From Burkholderiales bacterium (lineage in GTDB: Bacteria > Pseudomonadota > Gammaproteobacteria > Burkholderiales > Ga0077523), in NCBI GenBank assembly GCA_965279325.1, contig OZ257154.1:5030510-5094509 (forward strand): 64,000 nt of DNA, in the 5' to 3' direction. Shown here in pieces: positions 52,501 to 61,500 of the stretch (positions within the stretch are counted from its first letter, which is position 1; each line of letters opens with the position of its first letter). Both the position numbers and the translations under genes were made by a program. The notes below the pieces were generated by a model. That model had not been told where the DNA came from. It was given only the letters and a program-made list of their open reading frames with translations, and made no database searches.

Positions 52501-55500
52501 GTCACGGACTTGGACAGGCCGCCGGGGTCCGCAGACCCGCCGATTCCGATCCAGGTCGCGCCCTCCCGGACGCGGGCGTAGACCTCGACGTCGTCGGCGA
52601 AGCCGCTGCTCCAGGTCACCGCGAGATTGTTGCCGGCGGCGGCGAGGTCGTACTCGGCCACGCCGGGCTGCCACTGCGTGATCCCCAGGCCCGTCGCCGA
52701 ACCCGGCGTCACGTCGACCCAGCTCACGCCGTCGAACGTGCGCGCGTACACGGACGCCAGCACCGACGTGTCGATCCAGCTCACCACCAGTCGGCCGTTC
52801 GCTTCGACGATCTGCGCCTGGTCGGCGCGCGCGGTGTTGCTGATGCCGCCGGGCAGCAGCGAGTTGCCCAGCGTGATCCAGCTGTTCGTGCCGGCGTCGT
52901 ACTGCGCCCCCTGGATGTCGGTGCCGTTGCCGTTGACCTCGGTCCAGACGACCGTCGCCCTGCCGTTGAAGATCAGGAGCGCGGGGCGCCGGGAGTCGGT
53001 GGCCGACCCGCTGACTCCGCCGCCATCGGCGGAGCCGCCGATCATCTCCCAGCCGCTCGACGACTCGCGCGCCACGTAGATCTCGTAGTTGCCGTTGCGG
53101 CTGTCGGCCCAGGCCGCGTAGCGGACGCCGTTCTGGTCCACTGCCACGGTCGTGTCGAGCGCCGCGCCGACTCCGCCGGAAAGTCCGAAGCCGGTCGCCG
53201 ACGCGGCGATCTCGGCCCACCACCCGCTGTAGGTCGGACCGCTCGGCAGCGTGTTCACCGCGAACGCGTCGTCGACCGTGATCGCCAGCACCGGGTTCGG
53301 TGTCGCCGGCGGTACTACGATCAGGTTCGGATCGTCGCTGGCGCCGGCATTGATCAGGTTGCTTGCGCCGAGCGGATCGATGATGGAGTCGTCCCCGCCT
53401 TCGCCGAACTCGACATCGTTGCCGCCCTGGCCGTTCAACTGGTCGTTGCCCGAGCCCGGTTCGTTCAGGTTGGTGCCGAAATCGCCGTAGAGGTAGTCGA
53501 CTGCGTTGTCGTCGCCAGCGGTCGCGTCGTCGCCGGAGATGATGTCGTGGTCCGCGCCGCCCACCAGCACGTCCCGCCCTGCGCCGCCCTGGATGGTGTC
53601 GTCGCCCGCGCCGCCGTCGACGATGTCGTCGCCGTCTGCGCCGAGCAGGAGGTCGTTGCCGCCATAGCCGAAGATGTAGTCGCGTCCGGCATCGCCGAGG
53701 ATGCCGTCGCGGCCTTCGTCGGAGCCCTTGAGGACGTCGTCGCCCGCGCCGCCGAAGATGATGTTGATCGCGCCGGTGCCTGCATGCACCTGGTCGTCGC
53801 CGTCGTCGCCGTACAGGATGTCGTTGTCGGCGCCGCCGTCGATGTCGTCCACGCCTGCGCCGCCATGGATGTTGTCGCCGCCGAATCCGCCCCGCACGAC
53901 GTCGTCGCCGTCGCCGCTGTCGATGATGTCGCCGTTCGCGCCGCCTTCCACGTAGTCGTCGCCGGCGCCGGCGAGGATCGTATCCGCGCCGCCCAGGCCG
54001 TAGATGCGGTCGTTGCCGGGGCCGGCGTCGATGTAGTCGCCGAAATAGATCGTGTCGGAGATATTGGGGTCGTCGGAGCCGCCATCCGATCCGAAGATCA
54101 GGTCGTCGCCGGCCGAGGTGCTGATGAACGTGTTGAGGATGCCGTTCTCGATGCGGACCTCGTCATCGTCGCGCAGCGTGGTGATCCTGGTGCTGTCGGC
54201 GATCATGGCGCCGCGCAGGACGATGCGCGAGCCGAGTCCGGCATCGGCGTCGCCGAAGTCGCCATTGATGAAGATGTCCTGGGCCGCGAACATCCCGCTG
54301 CCCAGGCGCGTGTCGATGTCGTCGCCGACGTTGAGGGTAATGCTGGTCTCGTTGCTGAAGATGACCCCGCCTTCCATCAGGATCAGGTCTTCGTCCGTGG
54401 CGATCGTGTCGGTCACGGTGAGCCGGACCGGTCCTCCCGGCGCGATCGCGCTCTGCACGTTGAGCGAGCTGTCGGTCTCGGTGATGAAGATGCTGTTGTT
54501 GGCCCGCGCGGCAAGGCGGCCCGGTCGCACGGTCGAGGAATCGATGTCGAGATCGTTCGCGGTCGCCCCGATGGCGCTGCCGTTGGCGGTCAGGAAGAGG
54601 TTCACGCCGATGACGTCGGCCGCCACGTCGTCGAAGAAGTCGAGGATGCTTCCATCGAGGGCGAGCAGCGAAACGTCTCCGAGTTCGGACCGGATGCGGT
54701 CGACGTTCAGCGTGCCCAGTTCGACCAGCACGATGTCCGAGAGCGCATCGCCCTTCACGACGCCGACGCTGAAGGACGAGGAATTGATCTCGAGCGGGTT
54801 CTCGAAGGTGCCGACGCGGCCCTGCGGCGAGTTGAAGGTGAGATTCACGCCGACCACGTCGGGCGTCGTTCCCCCGCCGGAGCCTTCCTCGTCCGGTGCG
54901 TCGATGATGTCGGCGAGCCGCCCGGTGAGATTGACGTTGCGCCGCGTGGATTCGATCAGCCCGACGCGGAAATCGCCGAGCTCCTCGGTCATGGTGATGT
55001 GACCGTTGGTACGCGTGTCGATGTTGCCTTCGCCGAGGATGTCGGTCCACGCCACGAAGTTGATGAACGGCAGGTCGCCCGCGCCGGGGATGCCGAGGAC
55101 GTCGATGTTCGACCCGCTGATGATGCGGCGGTCGGGATCGAACGGCACGCCGACCACGTAGTTCGCGTCCACCGCCGTGAAGCCCGCGCCCCAGACACCG
55201 CGCGGGAAGATGGTCGCCACCGATCCGGGCGAGACCGTGAAGTGGTCGGTGACGGTGGTGGTGCGGTTCGGGCCGCCGATCAAGCCTGGCGGCACCGCGA
55301 ACGAATTCACGATCGTGGCGGGTTCGAACACCTCGATCCGGTAAGGGCCGGGCACCACCGTCGGCTGCGACAGGCCGTTCAGCAGTTCGAGGTTCACGTC
55401 GATCGACCGTCCGCTGCCCGACCGGATCCGCTCCACGTCGACGTTGAAGCCGGTCGTCCCTTCGCTGCCCACCAGCGCGCGCCGCAGCAGGCCGCGCAGT

Positions 55501-58500
55501 TCCATGAAGTTGCGGCCGCCGGCGTCGGACGTGCGATAGCGGTCCGCGGCGGCGGTCGGGCCGTCGTTGCTCTCCACGATCTCCAGCCGTAGCCGCTGTG
55601 CGTCGGTGAGGCCGACGCTGCCGAGCACCGCTTCGATGCGGAAGCTGTCGGTGCGGATGAGGCCGCTCGGCGTCGGGAACTCGCCGCCACCGGGCAGGCT
55701 GGACAGGATGTCCCCGCTCGCGTTGAACACGTTGGTCATGCCGATCGGGTTGTTCACCACGCCGAAGAACGTGATGTCCGGCCGCAGGTTCGGGTTGCCG
55801 GGGTGGGTCGCCTGGATGGTGATGAGCGTGGGCTTGAAGTCGTGGTTCACGTCGAACTCGAAGCCGTTCACCAGATCGACCTCGATGATCACCTCGCGTT
55901 CCGGCGTGGTGAGGAACGTGTTGACCACCTCGATGGCGTTGATCCCCATGTCGAGGATCGACTGGTTCAGGATGTCGACCTTGGCGTAGGTCTCGCGGAA
56001 AGTGAACAGCGGGCCGTTGGGCAGCGCGGTCACGATATTGGAGTCGCCGGTGTTGTCCGACCGGAACAGCGCCTGCCCGCGGTCGTTGTCGTTGATGATG
56101 TCGTCGACGAAGAAGCGGCCGTCGCCGTCGGGATCCACGAAGGTGCCGATCGCGCTGCCCACGCCGGTCACGCTGACGTTGATCGCCTTGACGATGCGTC
56201 CATCGGGCCCGACCACCAGGTTCGGATTCGGTCCGGGCAGCAGGATGACGTTGGAGTCCCAGTCGATGTCGCGGGGCGCGGTGTCGGAGTCGATCTCCAC
56301 GTAGAGCGCCAGGCGATCGAAGCCCGCCGGCTGCTCGAGCGGCGTGACGTCGCCCGAGGGCACGCCGACGCCCGGCAGGATCCGTGGCCCTGCGGTGATC
56401 ACCGCGCCGGGATCGGCGTCGATGAGGGTCGTGGCCTCGAAGTTCGCGTTGTCGTTGCTGTCGCCGGGACCGATGCCGATGAAACTGCCGTTGACGTCGC
56501 TCTGGTTGATGCCGGTGTCGTGGTGCAGGGCGCGGACGTCGACGCCTTCCCATCCCGTCACCTGCGCGCCGCCGCGGATGGCAGTCAGCGCGTTCGCGCG
56601 GACCGTGCCCGACGAGGTCGCGCTGGCGCTACCGAACAAGCCACCTGCCGAGGCGTCGGCGTTGTAGTCCACCAGCATGTGCGACCACTCCGACAGCAGC
56701 TCGACGCTGCGCGCCGTGACGCGGGCGTTGGAGCCGACGACGGCCTGGGTGGCGTCGTTGACGTTGCCGGGCGAGTCGGCATCCACCGACGCGACGAAAC
56801 CGCCGCCATCGGCGTTGGAAGTGATGCTCGCGTCGAGCGTGGACGCGGTCGAGACGCTGAGGTGTCCTCCGGCCTCGACGTTCACGCCGTTCGCGACGAT
56901 GTTGCCGGCGCCGTCGTCGGTGCCGATGTAGGCGCGATTCGAATGGTTGATGGTCGTGCGCGAATCCGCATTGCCGACCGCGACGAAGCCGCCGCCGGCG
57001 TTGCTGCCGTAGGAGGATGTGTTGCCCGTGGACACCGACCGCACGTCGACGTTGCCGCCGGCCTGGAGCAGGGCGGGCGCGACGTAGGCCTGGACGTTCT
57101 GGGTGAGCCGCAACGTGCCGTCCGGATCGCCCGAGGCGACGAAGCCGCCGCCGCCGCCGACCGCGGAAGCCGAGCTCTGGCCGTCGCCGGCGGGCGGCGA
57201 CAGCGTGCGCAGCGAGACGCCGTCGTCACCCAGCAGCAGGTGATTGCCGGCCGGTGCCGTCGTGAGATCGATGCGCAGGGAATGCGTGCCCGACTGGGCG
57301 GTCAGGTCGAAGCCCGCGCGCGCGAATGCGTGGACGCCAACCCGGTTGGTGCCGTCGAGGGATGTGATCGGCGCGCCGCCCGGCGAAGTCGCGAGCTGGA
57401 AGGTGTTCGCGGTGACGTTCCGCGCGTAGTACGTGACGCCATCGGAGAGGCCGCCGATGGCCTCGCGGACCAGGAAGTGGCGATCGAGATCGTTGGGCGA
57501 AGTCTTGTTGGGGGAGAGTGCGATCGGCGTGACCGGCACGTCGTCGTCGGCGTCGTCGGGATCGGCGCCATCGCGGGTGGCCGCAAGCTGGATGTGGTTC
57601 GCGTCGACGACGATCACGAAGTAGGCCGTGCCGTCGGTCAGCCCACCGATCGGTGCGCCGCCCGGTTCGACGCGGTAGATCAGGCGATTGCCGGTGCCGT
57701 AGCCATGGCCTTCGATGAAGATGCGATCGTTGTCGATGGCGGTGGCGGTGTCGCCGGCCACCGTGACGTCGACCCCGGTGCTGCGGAACTCGCGGGCCGG
57801 GGCGACGCGATAGGCGAGTGCCTGGTTCTCGGCGAAGCCATGGCCGGCGATGGTGACGATGTCGGTGGTGGCGTCGACCGCGCCCGACACGAAATTGCGG
57901 TCGGCGAACCCACCGGCGCCGAGCGCCTCGTTGAGGGTCGCGTAGAGCTTCACGGTGAAATCGTCGAGCCTGCGCACGAAGAACGTGCCGGTCTCGTTGA
58001 GGCTCGTGCTGATCAGGGTGCCGTTGGCGTCGTACTTCACCGCATCGCCATTCACGAAGCCGTGCTGCGTGCTGAACCGGATCCGGTCGCGGGCAGCGTC
58101 GACGCCGGCCTGGGGCGCGAACAGGTCGCCGGTATTCGCGCCCGAGGCGTCGAACACCGCTCCGAGCTGCAGCGTGTCCTCGCCCGTGGCGATGGCCCGG
58201 TACTCGCGCCCGGCGACGAGCGGCCCGTTGGCCGTGCCGATCGCCGTATTGCCGTTCGCGTTGTACGTCACGATGTCGCCGGTCGCGACGCCATGCTGGA
58301 CGAACGTGATGGTGTCGTCGTTGATCGTCGCCGCGTTGGTCGTGAACGTGTCGCCGAGGGCTTCCAGGGGTTGCGCACGCGCCAGTGCTTCGACTCTCAC
58401 GGATCCGGCGACGTCGAGGGTCGCGCCGGTGTCGATGAAGGCGTTGATCGTCGGCGTGACGGTGGTGTCGGCGTTCGACGCACCGATGTCCACCAGGCCG

Positions 58501-61500
58501 CCGCCGTAGCTGCGCGCGGTGGAATCGCCCTCCGCCCGCACGGAATCCGCGCGCACCGTCACGCTGCCGCCGATGTTCTGCATCGACACGTCGTTGTCGA
58601 TCACCGCCTCGATGAACGGGGTCAGGTTGGTGGTCGCCTGTGCACCGCGCGCACTCACCACGCCGCCGGTGGCCGTGAGCGTGTCCGACTTGGCGGTGTT
58701 CACCGCCGTGGCCTGCACCTCGAAGTTGCCGGCCTGCAGCACCTGCGCGCCTGCGTTCACGTAGGCGGTGGTGGCGCCCGTGAGCGTGGCGGTCGAGTCG
58801 AGGATACCGGCGCCGACGATGCCGCCGGCACCGCCGCTCGTCTTCGCATTCGCACGGTTGTTCGCCACGGCGTTGGCGGCCACGTTGCCACTCGCCGTGA
58901 GGCGCGACCCGGAGCCGAAATACACCTGCGTATTGCCCGTGGTGTTGCCGGTCGATTCTGCATCCGCGACCCCGACCAGGCCGAGGTTGACGAGGTTGGT
59001 GTTCGCATCGCCGACCCGCACCGCATTGGCAGTGAGCTCCAGGTTGCGGCTCGTGACGATGCCGTCGATGAACGACCGGGTCAGGTCGTTGGCATTGGCG
59101 GTCGGATTCACCGAGCCGACCGACACGAGGCCGATCCCGGCGGTGTCGACGTCCGCGTCCGCGGTCGACCCGAGCACGCTCGACAGCTCGATGTCGCGCG
59201 CGTTCACGTTCGCGCCGCCGGCGATGAACGCCTCGGCCGTATGCGTGGTGTTGGCGGTGGGATCGAGGAAGACGGCGTTCACCAGGCTCACCCCGACCGA
59301 CGACAGCGCCGCGTCCGCCCTGTTGCCGATGGATCGCGCCGTCAGCGACAGATCGTTCGCGGTGAGCGAGGCGTTGGCCCCGACGAAGGCGCGCGTCGCA
59401 CCCTCGACCGTCGCGGTCGAGTCCACGTCCTCGACGCCGACGGCGCCGATGCTCACACTGAAACTCTCGGAGTCCGCGTGGCTGGTCGATTCGGCCAGGA
59501 ACGCGAGCGGCCCGCCGGTGACGGTGATGGCGGCGGCGTCCGCTACGTACGACGCGGTCTCGTGGGCGACGCGGACCGCGGAAGTGCCACCGCCGACGTT
59601 GACCGCACCCACGTCGAGCGAGAAGACGTTGGTCGAGGCCGTGTTGTCCGGCGCGCTGGCGGTCACGTTGATCGCGCCCGCGTCGAGGGCGAACGTGCCG
59701 CCGAGGTGAGCGAGCGTCTGGCCGCCCACGATCACGTCGGGCCGCACCGAGTCGAAGGTGACGAGGCCGATGGAGATCGAGAGCGCGTCGAGGCTTGCGG
59801 TGTTGCCCGAACCCACTTGGCCGGCGTGCAACGACAGGGCGCCCCCGACGTCGATGATGCCCGCTGCGCCGGTCGCAGGCGCGCCAGCGCGTGGGCCGAC
59901 GTAGGACTCGACGACGTGCGAAGTCTGCACCGTGGGACGGATGACGCTGATGTCCACGATGCTCGTGGCGACGATCGCGGAATCCACCGTCGCGGTGTTC
60001 TCCGCGTCCGCAGCGAGGCTCAGGCTGCCGGCGCGGACTTCCGCGCCCTCTTCGACGAAGGCGCGGGTCGAGCCACCGGTGTTGACCGACGGCTTGAACG
60101 TGCCGACGCTCACCAGCGACGCGCCCAGTTCGAACCGGTTCAGGTCTGCTTCGTTGCGCGACTCGGCGCCGAGCGAGATGCCGCCGCCGTTCAGCACGAA
60201 GTCCGCGTTGCGGCCGACGAAGGCCTCGGTCGCGTGATTCGTGAGCACCGCGGCCGTCACCTCGGTCACGTCCACGAGGCCGAGCTTGATCGGGACGGTG
60301 TCGGAGCCGGCGGTGTTGGTGGCGGTCGCCTGTCCGGTGATGCCGGTGGCGTTGACGGTGTAGTCGCCGCCGACGTGCACGCGCGTCGTACCGAGCGTGC
60401 TGATATCGGGCTCCACGAGATCGACGGCAACCAGGCTGAGCGAGATGTTCACTTCACCGACGTTCGCCTCGTTGGTGGAGTCGGCGTTGAGCGCGAGGTT
60501 GCCGCCCAGGGTCAGCGTGCCAGCCGGCCCGGACGGATCGACGCCGGCGGCCGGGCCGACGTAAGCGTCGACCACGTGCGTGGTGCGCGCGACCGGTGTC
60601 GCCTTCTGCAGCGTGAACAGCGACGCGCCCATCTGGAAGCGGGCGACGTCGGCATTGTTGTCGGCCGTGGCGTTGGCGGTGAGGCCCGCTGCGCTGATGG
60701 TGGAACCCTGGTCGACGTAAGCGAGGGTCGAGCCGCCGGCGTCGGCGGTGCTCTTCACGAAATTCAGCTCCACCGCGCCCAGGTCGATCGGCGTGATCTG
60801 ATCCACCGTCGCGTCGTTGGTGGAGGTCGCGTCGAGCGTGAGCGCACCGCCGCTAATGGCCAGGTCGGCCCGCGGGCCGGTGAACGCCTCGGTGACGTGC
60901 GTCGTGCGCGCGGAGCGCTCGTTCAGGTCCACGTCGACCAGCCCGATCTCGAAGGCGACTGCCGCGGAACTGGCATCGTTGAGCGAAACCGCTTCCACGG
61001 CAACGCTGTCGGCGAAGATGTCGAAGTTGCCGCCGGCGTAGGCGCGCGTGGCACCGCCCGCGTTGGCCTCGGGCTTGACCTTCTCCACCGTGACGAGGCT
61101 CGCGTCGATCGTCACTTGCGCGACGGTGGCATCGTTGTCCGACGAGGCGCGCAGGTTCAGGCCGCCGTTGTCGACGCGCAGCGTGCCGCTCAGGCTGGTG
61201 TCTGGGAGGTTGCCCTTCGCGGGTCCGAGGTAGGCCGAAGTGACGTGTCCGGTCTGGGCGACCACGTCGGCCAGCTGGACGTTGACGCCGGAGGCGCCGG
61301 CATACTCCGCGGCCGCGACCGCGTTGTTGTCGGAGGTGGCGGTCGTGATCAGCGAACCCACGTCGACGGAAGCTCCCTGGTCGATCTGGACCAGCGTCGT
61401 GCCGTTCACCGTCGCGCTGCTGCCGGTATCGCTCACGTTGACGAACGTCGCGCCCGTCGACAGGTTGTTCGAGGTGGCGGAGTTGCCGGAGTTCGCGGTG

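Noticed and set aside
53465-54085. 206-aa Thr/Ala/Ser-rich minus-strand ORF.
   Set aside because: It is an out-of-frame reading of the RTX nonapeptide block of the giant gene. GGxGxD codons read one base off give T/A/S runs.
49896-55592. 1,898-aa plus-strand ORF, the second-longest in the track.
   Set aside because: It is entirely antisense to the giant minus-strand gene. The translation is Arg/Ala/Asp/Gly/Val low-complexity with no motifs, whereas the opposite strand shows coherent RTX, propeller and beta-helix domains. This is a typical high-GC shadow ORF. The same applies to the other + strand ORFs listed within the 46581-63980 gene span (e.g. 47526..48218, 48336..49688, 58768..59709, 61240..62346, 62347..63009).
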